Below, piece by piece: positions 27,451 to 42,345 of a stretch of DNA of 64,000 nucleotides. Made by a program: the position numbers and the translations under genes. Positions within the stretch are counted from its first letter, which is position 1; every line of letters begins with the position of its first letter. The notes beneath the pieces were generated by a model. The model had not been told where the DNA came from. It worked only from the letters and a program-made list of their open reading frames with translations, and did not search any database. The stretch is from Geosiphon pyriformis uo1 (taxonomy: Eukaryota > Fungi > Glomeromycota), in NCBI GenBank assembly GCA_016748015.1, contig JAAOMT010000213.1, positions 278,485 to 342,484 of the forward strand, in the 5' to 3' direction.

Positions 27451-30400
27451 TTAGATTTGTCTCATTTGTGACAAACCATCAGCATTTCCATTGTCTTTTC
27501 TCTTTTTATAATGTATAGTGTAAGTATATAATAATAGTGCCATTTTCTATCTTGATTGTCTTCCATCTCCAAATTCCTGTTTATGAAGTACTGTTAATCC
27601 CTTGTGATCTGTGTATACATCAAACTTCTGGCTCAAGTATTTGCTCCATTTCCTGACTGCCCAATAAATTGCTTAGTGTTCTAATTCTGGTGTTCTATAA
27701 TTTTTTTCACCTGGAGTTAAACCTCATCTGGCATATGTAATTGGATGTTCTCTTCCATCTGGTTCTCTCTGTGATAGTACTGCTCCCAATGCTTGGCCTG
27801 ATGCATCAGTAGTAATAATGAATGGTTTGTTGTGATCTGGATAGATCAGTACTGGAACTTGTATAAGCTTTCTTCTCAGAATATCAAAAGCTTCTTGTTG
27901 TGCTTCTGTCTATTCATATTTCACATTTTTGGTTTGGAGATGATTGAGTGGTTGGGTTATCTTGGAAAAGTTTTTGATGAAGTGTTAATAATAGCCTATG
28001 AATCCCAAGAATGATTTTAACTCTGTTATATTGGTTGGTACTAGAAAGTTCTTGACTATTTTTATCTTTTCTGGATCCATTTTGATGCCATTTTTGCTTA
28101 CTATGTGTCCTAAAAAGTTTAGTTTTGTCTTGCCAAAGAAGCACTTATTGGCATTTAACTTTAGCCCTGCTCATTGTAGCCTTTTGAACACTTGTTGTAA
28201 ATGATGCAAATAATCATCAAATGTTTTGGAGAACACATTGGTGTCATCTAAATAAATGACTACTGATTTCCACAATAAGCCAGTATATACTATTTCTATT
28301 AGCCATTGGAATGTGGCTGGCACATTTGTTAAGCTGAATGATATCACTTCGAATTCAAAATTTCCCTCCCATGTTGTGAATGCAGTTTTTTCTTTGTCCA
28401 CTGAATTCATGGCTACTTGCCAATAACCACTATCTAAATCCAATATTGAGAACCATTTGTTTTTCCCAAAAGCATCGAATAATTCCTGAATTCATGGAGT
28501 TGGATAGCTGTCTCCATGCATGATTCTATTAAGCTTTCTGTAGTTTACGCAAAAGTGGATTTTCCCATTTTTTTTTTGAACAAGTACTACTGGTAATAAC
28601 TATGGGCTCATTGATGGCTGAATTAACCCATTGTCAAACATCTGGTTGATTTCTTGACAAATGATCTCATGGCTAATAGGTGGTACTCTGTATGCTTATT
28701 GTTTTATTGGCATAGCATTTCCAGTTTTGATTTGGTATTGGATGATGTCAATTCTGCCAAATTTATTCTCATTGGCAAAGATGTCATTGAACTTGTTGAA
28801 CAACATCTTTAGCTGTATGTGTTGAAATGGGTCTAGATTTTTTATGTTTATTTGTTCCAATTGTTCTGGTTGGAACAAATAACATTCATTTCGTCCATAT
28901 ATTGTTTGTGATGTAATGTCAACATATCCACAAAGCTGTGGAAAGTTTGAAACGGGGTTTGGTGGTTGGTTCTTTATTTCAGTAATTAAATGTCCTATGA
29001 TGGTTCCTTCTAGTATTTCTATAACTTTTCTGGTGTTGTTGTAAATGGGAATTTTAATGCGGCTATAGTTCCTGGCTGGTATGTGAAGATTGATAAGTCC
29101 AATTTCTCCTAATTTGCAATGTGCTGCTTTTGCTTCAAAAATCTGGTTTTGATCTTTCACTTTTCTTTCTATGACTACCATATACTGGTCATATAATGGA
29201 ATGGAAATTGGTTAACTGGTGGAGATAATTTCTCCTTTGTCAATAATCTTTTCTTCCACCATATTAACTGGTATATCTACTCTACCTGTTGATCCAAACT
29301 TCTGTATCTCTCTAGCTGTGATCCCTAATTTTTTCTTGTTTTCCACTGATACTAACTGAGCTATTTTAACCAGAGGCAGGAATATTGTCTGCACTATCTT
29401 TTCATTTGGCTCTATTACATAGGCCTTTTCTGAATCGTTTTGTAACATAGCAATAATATTTTCCACATATCCTGCATCAATTATTTCTTCTCTGATGTTG
29501 ATTTCTCTTTTTGCTAGACTACTTCTAAATGCTAGTTAAATTATTGTGGTTGCTGGAATTTTCAGTGCTATTTTCAGATCAATACAAGTGTGTGAATGTG
29601 GTTCTAATTTGATGGCATTTTTTTCAAAATATCTCAAATCAAACCCTACATCAGTATCATGTGTATGCTCTGGCATGATATCTTCATTATTGTCACTAAA
29701 CCACTTTAGTTTTTACTTCTTGGTAAGGTTAAGGAACACTATAAATGTTTTGGAGTTTGGATCTGAATCCAAATTACTGTTATCTTTGTTGTCATATTAA
29801 ATGGAGCTGGAACTGGTGTTTTCATCATTGTCATTGTCAGAGTTTGAATTGGAATTGAAAATTGATTCCAATTCTGATGTGCAGCTGCTGATTGGTTTTT
29901 TTTCTTCTAGAATCATGTAAATTATGCAGATCAGTGGGTTGTAAATGAGATCACACTCATTACAATATTGAAAATCACATGAAATTAAACAGTGGTCACA
30001 TAGTCAAGTGTTTAGCTGTACTAGCTGTTGCTTCTGTTCCTTTCTTGTTGGTGCTAATCTTTGGTAGTGCTTATGGAATTCCTCAAAATTGTCTTCAACA
30101 TTACCAAAGACGTTAAATATTTGGATGTATTTAGATTCAGGTAGCGACAGAGAGTTGTTTTTTATTTCCAGTAGTTCGCTGATTGTCATGCCTTCTGCTT
30201 TTGCACTTGCCATTCTCCAGAGTTCATGCTTATCATGTGGGTATTCTTTCAATCATTGCAATGCTCATTTCCAGGCATTGTCGATTGGTGTTTCTTTGTG
30301 TATCCAGTCATTAATTAGGATTGTATACTGACAGGTTTCATCATATGTTCCTTCATGCCCAGAAATGTTGTTCTATATTCCTTTGTCCAGAAAGGTTTTT

Positions 30401-33400
30401 CCACAAGTTAAACATGGGGTATTATTCCATTTTCCCACTCATTTTGGTCGTCCAAAACATTCTAGAATGCACACTTGACAGTAGAATTTGGTCACTGTTG
30501 AGTATTTTTCATCATCACCACAGTATGCACCCATTGATGACAATTTCTTGTTACAATCAATGCATATAAGCTTTGGTCAATGATAGTTAGTGGATTGTGG
30601 TAGTGTATATTTATGAAGAGTATAATTGTTGGTTGATAGTAACTCTTCTTCCTTCACTTTTCTTTTTTCTTTGCTGTTCTTTTTCCATTTCCAGCTTGGT
30701 ATTGGTTTGTTCTTGTTATTATCGGTCCAGTTCAGGTCATCAGTTTCCCAGGTAAGTTTCTCTCTTTGCTTTTCTTTGGTGTTGTTGTCCCATAAGAGTA
30801 TTGGCAGCAATTCATTATGGTTGTTGTCAGCCCACAAGACTTGATAGGCTTTCCAGGTAGGTTTTTTCTCTTCTTCCTTAAACTTGATGAGTGGTGCTGG
30901 TGTGTTGATGGTCTTGAAGTGGCCGCACGTGGCTGGTACACATGTATGTCAATCATTTTGGCTGAATTAAAGCTCTTGTGTTGTCCAATCCAGTATGGTA
31001 TTTGTTTTAATAAGCCAGTCATTACCAACTAGTGCTTAGTATTGAATGGCTTCCATTACCAAAACTTTAATAGGGACTATGATGCCATTGACTTCAAAAG
31101 GGAAGTTGTCAATCTCACCAATAGAAGTTTTGGTTGCTCCATCAGCTGTGATAATCCTTGCACTGACAGCTTTGTCAACTTGGCAACCTAATTGATCCAT
31201 AAGTTGTTTGGTAATGATGCTGCCAGCCAATCCACTATCCAGGATCAGTTTGATATACTGACCATCAACTTTAGCATCAGTATACATTGCAGTTATTGGT
31301 TTGGTGTTCAGAGCAGCTCTACTGAACAATGAAACTGACATAATTTCCTCAAGTTTAAATAGAAATATGGCAGCAAGTAATTTGTTTTCGGTGCTGGCGG
31401 CTAGTGGAATATTGCAGGTAAGTGGCTTTTGGTTGGTTTTCTGTTTGCTGAATGCTGCATCTTCTGGGGCAATCAGAAGACTTAAGTAGTTCTGGAAACT
31501 CGGATTTTGGTTATACCCAGTTCCTGAACTCCATTGACATAATCCTGATGGTTAATTTGTTGAATTGAGGATTGGTTGGTGAACCACCATTGCCAATCTT
31601 CAGTTTTGAGTTACTCTGGATCTGGAATTTCTGGATGTTATCATAGCTGGGTTTTGTGACAGTGTTTGAATTGATTGTTGTAGTTGATAGACTATTTGTG
31701 GCTGTAGTTAATATATTATGGGTGGCTGCAGTTGATATATTTGAAGTTGATATACCAGTGTTTGATAAATTGGCAGTAGTGTTATTGGCAGGTAAGTAGA
31801 TTGATATTGATTTTGATTCGAGTAATAATTCAGAGTTGGGAACTGGTGATCGGGATTCCGATATTGATTTCCCAATTGTGGGTTACTATAAGCATAGCAA
31901 TTGGCTCTAAGGTGATCTTGTTTATTACAGTTGTGGCAAATTTGCGTTTTTTGTTGCCATAGCTGATTTGTTGATGATAATGGATGCAACTAATTTTGGA
32001 AATGATTCGCATTTCCCTGATTATTATGTCATTGAGGAGGCTGATAAATTGGATGATTGTTAGCTAAGTATCCCTTTAATTTCTAATTAATAGAATCACT
32101 AAATTGTTTCAGTTTAGAATCCAAGTCAGATGATCTATTCATTACTAAATTCACAGCTTGGACATGGTTGGCTTCTAACTCAGCAGCTTCAAAATCTCTA
32201 GCATGAGTGACTGCAATAGAAAGGTTTACTGAATGCATCAGACGTACTCGTTGGAGTATGCTGCTGTGTAAGCCTCTGATAAACTGATTTAAGATTTGTG
32301 GTGCTGTAAAGTAATCAGCTTGGATAGCTTGAATTTGGTGCAGATTTCTGTAAAAGTATTTCAAGTAGGTGGTGACTGTTTCTGTGTCTCTTTGTTTTAG
32401 GATAGTAAAAGTACTTGCCAGACGGTTGATGCTGTTATTATTACTGAAATATCTTAGGAATTCTGTTTTAAATGCATTAAAATTTTGGGATTTCTGGGCC
32501 AAACTATGATACCATGAGTCAGCAGTATCTTTTAGAAAATATGGGATGACTTGTATTGTTCTTGTGTCATCCTAATTGTTTGCAGTGATGGCTTTGGTAA
32601 TGTTATTGATCCATGTCTGAGTGTTGTTCTCTTCACCAGTGAACTTCTTAAGTTTTGTGATTGGTGCAAAAGTCATTGGTGCGATCAGTTGCTATTGTTG
32701 TATTGGTGGTTGAAGCAGTTGTTGTGGTTGCTGAACTGGTTGTTGGATAAGTTGCTGTAGTGGTGGTTGTTGAAAAGATATTTGCTACTGTTAAATTGGT
32801 TTAATAATTGGTTCAATTGGTAGCTAATTGATGATGATATTTGGAGGTAAGTTTTGTTGATTAATTAAGTTGGGGTTTTGGTCATTCTGATTTGGTGGAG
32901 TTTCAATTTCTAGATTTTCTAGATTTTGATCTTGCTAAGTCTGAAAATTTGGGGTTTCTATATCCAAGTTCTTAGTAATTGGGTTCTGATAAGTGAATTC
33001 TTGATTTTCAGATTTTTTTTTTTCTTCTTCTTCTTGTTCTTTTTTTAATTTGGTTGATTCTCACGAATCAGTAATTCCGAAATCTGGTTGAGGTGGTGGT
33101 GATTAAACTCCTAATGATGTTAGTGATCTCGATTTGAATCCCTCAAAGTACATACTATATAGTCCTAATAGATTTTCTTTCCTTTGTTTACTTTGGAATG
33201 GAAATCAGTTAAATGTTGATGTCATGTTTGATGTAGACATGTCTGCTGATGCAATATTAATGGCACTTCCAGGAGTATAATGATATGATGGATTTGTAGA
33301 TAATTCAATTCTGTGTTTCTTCTAAGTGGGTGGTTGGATTTGTTGAGGTGTTACTGCCAATGTTTGTAATTTTCCTTTGTCTTTACTTGCATAAGTGATT

Positions 33401-33699
33401 GGGTATCTTTGTTGTGTGTGATGTTCAATTTCTTTATTAATCTCAGTAATGATGGATACGAAGTTATAATTTGTTGGTAAGCTGGTGTTTTGAATTAATT
33501 TGTGGTAAAAAGTTTCTTTTGCTAATTCAGTATTTACTGATGTTCCTAACAAATAGGCAATTTTTTTGTTGACATAGAAATTGAAGGCTGATTCTGCTAA
33601 TATTTGATTGTGGTTCAATCTCAAGTGTTGACAGTAGTGTTGAAATAAAGATTTTGCAAATTCTAAATAATTTGTTCTTATACTTTCTGATCCTGCCAC
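27451..33699 (-). pseudogene. G1 gag-protease-CxxC domain-dUTPase-RT-RNase H, disrupted
   Basis: ORF fragments 32083-32502 (gag), 31708-31989 (knuckle), 31036-31341 (protease), 29212-29466 (dUTPase motifs 4-5) and 28171-28443 (RT). RNase H ends NADGLSQMRQI*. Confidence 0.9.
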
Positions 33700-33739
33700 T
33701 GTTGATTTATTTGTTGGTGCTGGTTCTCTGTAAGATTAT

Positions 33740-33757
33740 ATCTTACAGGAAGCACCA
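33740..33757 (-). promoter_or_regulatory. G1 primer-binding site, 18 nt TGGTGCTTCCTGTAAGAT
   Basis: It starts 2 nt after the 5' LTR end. It parses as complement of CCA, discriminator A, a 7-nt acceptor strand and a 5-nt T-stem. The tRNA identity (elongator Met, Ile-UAU or Thr-like) is not resolved. Confidence 0.85.
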
Positions 33758-33759
33758 AA

Positions 33760-34526
33760 TGTTACAAATGAACTTTGTTGGTTGTTGGAGTAAATAAAAA
33801 ACTCATAACTTGGTGCTTGAAGCTGTTGTTAATGATGGAATCTGAAAGTGTGTTATCTGAAGATTTTGTTGTGGAGTTCTTTGTATAATGGACAGAGATT
33901 CAGTAGTAATAGTTTTATCCATAGCTTTCCGAAACCATAGTTTTGTCAATTTTTTTCTCAGCATAATAGCTGGTGTTTCTCCTGATAAGCTAATCTCAAT
34001 CAAGTGTTCTACTCTTATTTCTGGGTCTTTTACCAGTGCTATATTCTGACATCAGTATCCCGTGCATTAATCCTTAATAGAGTTAGTAATAACAATAATT
34101 AAGACAAGAAAATAAAAGAAATGACATAAAAGAATGAGCCAAGGCAATACACAAATTAATATCCATCAATAGCCGTAATCAAAAGCTATTGTTCCAGTGT
34201 GGTTAAGTATCAATTGCTATCAATATGGAGTGTTGATAGTGAAGAGTGGATTTGAATAGTAAATAATTTATTTATTCAATATTTGTGAATAAGAGATTTC
34301 TAACTAAAGAATTTTGTTTTTTCTACTTCTAATGCTATCACTATATATATATAATTGATGTTTTACAAGATCACTCACATTTCTGAGTGATGTGCTATGA
34401 TTTCTTGAGCAATATGCCATAATTTCTGACATTGCTCCACATTGCTGAGCAATGCACTCACGTGCTAAATACTATTTTCTCATTGGTCTGCTATTTTCTA
34501 TATCTGTTTTCTTTTTATAAGTAACA
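33760..34526 (-). repeat. G1 5' LTR (767 bp)
   Basis: TGTTAC...GTAACA termini. U3 carries CCAAT, CACGTG (34459-34464), tandem repeats and a TATA-like TATATATA. Confidence 0.95.
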
Positions 34527-37500
34527 CTGAACACATTACATTTGAAAAAGCATCATCAAAAACATACTCCAAAGACTGATATTAATGCAATCAATTATTG
34601 GAAAAATCTTTTATCACATTATGCTTTCTGGTCCAGCCTTTCATAATCATGTCAATTTTGGTCTTAACTAGGTCTGGTTCTAGAATCAGTTCATTCTTAA
34701 CCACTAGATGATCCAAAACCATCTTTCAAAAAGGGTGCTCCAGCATGCTCCTGATTGTGCTATCTTTGTTGGTTGCAAAATTCTCCATTCGACTATCAAT
34801 AGCTGACTTTATTTGCAATTCTTTAGCTCACAAAGACTCAGCAAGCTTGGAGACATGATATGACTTTCACACACTGAAAAGAGCTGAGTGCACACAATTA
34901 AAACCTGCACCAGAGTTCACAATTTCCTGCACAATTAAATTCTTAACATTGTTTAAAGAATTCCAGCATTCCATAAGAAGAGCAAATTTATCAATATCTT
35001 CCTCACGAAAAGCCTTAGCAATTTTTAAAACCAAAAGCTCCAGCTTATAATACTTAGAAGATTCCTTGGTAAAAACACTATTGTAACCTTTAAACCATTT
35101 TTTTCTGAATATTTTGTTAGCTGACAGCATCATAATTCTGGGAATTGTGTTTTACATCATGTTCAAGTTCAAGAATTGTGTAGAAGTAATAAAACCATCA
35201 AAGAGCATGGTGGTATTGGCTGCTATAACTTCTTTAAACTCACCCCATTTTGCATTGTCAGCATCTTTAAAATCAAACTTTCAGTGATCTTTATTTGCTT
35301 GCCTGTAAAGAGAATTCAACTAAGTGTCTAGCAAACTGCCCAGATCTACAGACACAAAAACAGCTCAATGATCAGTGTCAAAGTAGTCACTAATATCCAT
35401 AATATTATGATCAACTATCGCACTAACCAAATTTGATAAAACCAATACAAAATCAATTGTTTTTTCTACACCCCTTGAATTTCTTTATGTGAGACTTTTC
35501 ATGACCAAACTACCACCAAAGAATTGACCAGCCCCAAACTGACACACTTCTTAAAACTAACACTTTTTTTCAAACTGTCTTCATTGAAATTACCACCAAA
35601 GATGACAAAAAAAGATCTGTTAGCAGCTTTTGCAATAAAAGAGTTGATTTCCCCAGCCTGTAAAAACCAAGCTGCAGACAAAGCACCAGCATACAGTTCC
35701 AAGACAGACACAGAAAGTTTATTTTTGAAAAGCAATCTAATGGAAAAAAGCTGACTGGGCACCTCAAAAATCTTGCACACATGTTTTACCAAAAAAGAGT
35801 CCATGATGATCACAATACCAGCACCCAAATACTCAGAATCCAAACCAGAAGTAAATACACGGATACCTTCAAATTTGTCAGCAATCCATGGATGGACTTT
35901 ATCCTTCAATTTAGTTTCAGTAAAGATCGAAATCAAGTTGTCCATATTTTTATGCCAATAAATAACATCTTCTTGTTTGGCAGGAACATTGATGCCCTGA
36001 ACATTACACGTAGCTATTTTTCAGATCAGACCACTTATTAAGATAAAGAGGATAACAAAGAACCCAAACCGGCACACAAATGATCTAATTTCACCAAAAC
36101 TGAATTAACAGAAGCCTCAAGAGCCACCAATTTAGATTCCAAACTGCCAATCTTGGTTGTTAAAACTTTTGAACTACTCAGATCCAATGTTGAGACACTA
36201 AGAAAAGTGGAAGAGGTGGGTGAAAGTACCAACTCAGAATCATTCATGACTATATCCAAAACCAAATCCTCTTTGGTAACAATCAAAGTAGCAGAGATTT
36301 TAGGGGGAGAATTAAAGCTTGCAGCACCAATTTCATGTTGTTGAGTTTACACACAATACCAGAAATCTGGTCGGTTAACAGCTCTAAGGATCATTCCAAA
36401 GAGGCCAAATAAGCATTCAAAAACAAATTATCAATTAAAACAGGAGAAATATCATTATTTAAACCTGAGGTGTCAGAAAAAGGGGAACCAAAACTAGAAG
36501 CAAAGCAAAGACCATTAGAAGAACCAGCAAATAAGACCATCTGGGCCCAAAATTTACCAAAGGCAGCAGGGTGGAATATTGGAACATTTCTTTTTTCATA
36601 TAACTTAGCCAACCGAAGACGATGTTCATTGAACACAACCTTTTTAAATGTTCTTGAAGACTTAAAGAAAGATGCAACAGGTGTATTACATTCCAAAACA
36701 GAATGACCAAACTTCTCATATTTTTCACACCAAACCAGATCCATCCTTGTCCAAGAAAGTTTAATACTGCCAAGAATCAGCTCTGTGCAAAAAGCAGATT
36801 CCAGATTATTATCAGATTTAAAACCAACTATAGCATAGCAAATCCTATTACCAGTTTCCAGAAATCTGTTTATAATGCAAGTTTTTCCACCAGCTCTTTT
36901 CAGAAAAGTTCCAAGATTATGTGCTATTATTTTCACCAGCAAAGTAAACAAAAGCACTCTGAACTGATTTTTTGATGCCCAAGTTTCACAATTTTCTACT
37001 GCTTTGGCTATATGTACAGAATCTTTACCAATCAGAAATGACCACTTAGAGACTAACAAATTAGCTTGGTCTAATTCAACAAACTCTATTACAGCTTTTT
37101 GCCACATCCCAATCAGTTGAATTTTGATCAACTTAATTTTCCCAAATTCAGATACTGCAGTGATAATCATATCTTTAAGTGTGTTCATGGGAATTTTTTT
37201 AATTACCACAGCCTGATTTGAACAAATTTCTTGTCTTTTAAGATTATTGTTTACATTAATCTCTTTTTCTCTGGCCAATGATGTAGCCATTTTCATGCTT
37301 TTTTCTGAAGTAAATGTCGATCAAATAATCTCTTCAAATTTTGAGAAGGTAGTGGCCCTCCCAAAACCATTGACTGATGAAAAAATTTTTCTGATGAGTT
37401 GGGTTTTTGCTGTAGCAAATTTGCCATCCACCACCAAAAGATTAATATTTAAAGCAAAAGACTTCCTAATTGACACTTCCACTGGGACTTTGATGATCTT

Positions 37501-38058
37501 TAAATCAATTCACTTCTTGTCCAGAGAGATAGGCAAACGAAAAAGAAACACAATTTCATCATCATCCATAGTAAAATCAGAAGAGCCAAGTGGAAAGCCA
37601 AACACTATATCAGTATTAATACATTTTGCCTTGGAAGTGGTTGCAGCTAAACTCAGAAGAGACCCACCATTTATACCAGTCATGCCAACATCCTCATCAT
37701 CACCAAACAGACTATCCACATTAGAATACACACTATTACCAGGCCCAAATTTACTCAAAAAGATAGCCTTCTTATCACCAGAGTGTTTAACATTCCCAAA
37801 AACCACTTTTTTCTTTTGAGCAAAAGAACCACTAACAGGACTATGGAAAGCACCTTTGGGAGCCTTTTTTTTTGACATATTACTGCTTGAAGCAGTTTTT
37901 AAATCCACGACAAAAGGATTATTATTTAAAGAAATATTGAAGAAACTAACAAGAAAAAATAGAAAACTTCTTTTTCAGAAAATGCGCTTTTTGAGGATTT
38001 TTGGAAGTAAGAGAGAAAGAAGTTTTTTATCTTTTTAATTATTTAAAAAATATTAATA

Positions 38059-38111
<53 letters not shown>
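38059..38111. repeat. (ATT)n/(AAT)n microsatellite, tail of an orphan LINE 3'-terminal tag
   Basis: About 17 repeat units directly after the minus-strand motif cgactgggctgtactcattaaat (38135-38113). Confidence 0.85.
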
Positions 38112-38442
38112 CATTTAATGAGTACAGCCCAGTCGAAAATAATAGTTTTGCTATAATAATTATAATAATATTAAATTCTTAATTAAAATGCTTTTAAAAC
38201 AACCAAAAACTGGTTTAAATTTAATTAATTAAAAAAAATGTTTTTACCGTTTTTAGTTGTTTTTTTTAATTATTTTAGAAAAATAGTAATTGCTTCTTAA
38301 ATAAAAAATTCATATTTATTAAAAGACATAAATACATATTAATTATAATTTATAAATGTGAAATTAATAAATTAATTATTGAATATGACATAATTATATC
38401 GGGGTGGTGTTCACGTGTAGAAAAGGCATGAGCCACATCTAA

Positions 38443-41010
<2,568 letters not shown>

Positions 41011-41482
41011 TGATTCTTGAATCCAGGCTATAAGGCCCATTCTTGTGCCATCAACTGAATTCAACACGATAATTATTTTAACAATATTTTTACTTCAATG
41101 TCAAAAAAAATATTCACGCTGTCTCTCGAGCTCTCGATTTATGTTAAAAGAAACGCGGGATATCCAACTATTCTAGCTAATCCCAAGCATCTCAATTGAA
41201 TGGAGTTTTTATCAAGAAAGCCCTGCCGATAATATTCTTGTCCAGAGATCTGAGTATGGTTCATTGATTCAATTTCGTCAAAATAATTGGAAAATCTTGC
41301 ATAGGATTAAATACTTTGATCAATATTTCCATTCCGTCCTGACCATTTCAACTGATTCGTCTAAATAAAAGCATTTAGCTATTGAATTTTGAACATTACA
41401 ATTTACAATCTTAAAATCTAAAAAAGATTTAGCTGCCGTATACATTTGTATTTCAAAATAATCATTGCTAAATCTATATCCT

Positions 41483-42086
41483 TTACTTTTTGCCCCCAGG
41501 TTTGGTCTGTGCTTTGAGGATTTTTTTGACCATTTTTTGTTCTTCAATTAGAAAAGCCCGAACAATACTGGAGTATTTAAATGATGAATGTTAATTGGAA
41601 TTTTATTCAAAATGAAATCAACATTTCTGAACATACCGATCTCGAACACATCCCGCACAACGACTACCACCATAAGCTCTTGAAACACTTTTTTGACGTT
41701 TTGAGATTTGAGCATATTGACGTGGACGAAGAGCCGCAATCTGTATAATTTTTAATTAGTGGGGATTTAGATCTCATGTATTTTAACACAGAAACATTTT
41801 TGAAAATGATTCGAATGACTATTTAAATAAATTTAAGGGATCTTCTGCATACTCCCGAAAGCCTCGTGGCACAGTCACCGCAACGCGGACCTCTAGCTGG
41901 CTTCTTTTCATAAAGCCAAGTGAGTTTGCCACCTGTTTATCGTTAAAAAACAAGAGGCTTTATTACTTTAGGAATGAAAATGGTTAAGTTTTTTCCACGA
42001 CACTTACCAGGAGTCTTGATAGCCCTAACCCGGTTAGAACGGGTATTATAGCTCAACCGTCGTCTATATGTCAATCGTTGAGCCAT
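41483..42086 (-). CDS. RPL34: 60S ribosomal protein eL34; 4 exons
   Basis: [27 protein letters not shown]|GKL...PRCGDC...|[15 protein letters not shown]|[11 protein letters not shown]. Confidence 0.96.
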
Positions 42087-42345
42087 TGCAATATAGTTAT
42101 TTTTTCAAGTAATTTAAAGGATAGATGTGGAAAAAGAAAGGAAAATTTTTAGAATCCGGCATTCGTGATTGGTTTTATTCCAGAAATGACAGCTTCGGAG
42201 GGTCCTGTCACCTGGTATCACGATTCTAAAAATAAATCTAAGATGGGGCTAGCAGGATATTTAGTTCTAATGCCAGCTTTTACATTTTGGTTAAGTTTCA
42301 AGCTCGCAAAATTTTCCTTTCAAGCCTCTCCGTCAAAAAGTCAAT
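42087..42345. promoter_or_regulatory. Short bidirectional promoter region RPL34/SDH3
   Basis: About 260 bp between divergent ATGs; contains an ATTGG (CCAAT) box near 42168. Confidence 0.55.

Larger units (their letters stand above)
24508..34526 (-). mobile_element. G1: complete, degenerate Ty3/gypsy LTR retrotransposon with 4-bp TSD CTGA
   Basis: Two LTRs with TGTTAC...GTAACA termini; CTGA at 24504-24507 and 34527-34530; PBS and PPT present. Domains: gag (FNAFKTEFLRYF, CHNCNKQDHLRANC), protease (LILDSG), dUTPase, RT (YLDD), RNase H (TDAS) and integrase (HSD..AGH, CxxC, VERFN). Confidence 0.97.
21212..38025 (-). mobile_element. LINE-B: full-length degenerate LINE (second ORF1 subfamily), interrupted by gypsy G1
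   Basis: ORF1 37908-36038 begins MDLKTASSSNMSKKKAPKG. ORF2 APE spans about 36030-34531 and resumes at 24507 (FSNVMCS|VNFDEL across G1), with FVDDTI, VYTDRS and KIQGH. The 3' UTR is homologous to that of LINE-A. Confidence 0.92.

Noticed and set aside
42020-42037. Telomere-like CCCTAACCC
   Set aside because: A single unit inside RPL34 coding sequence.
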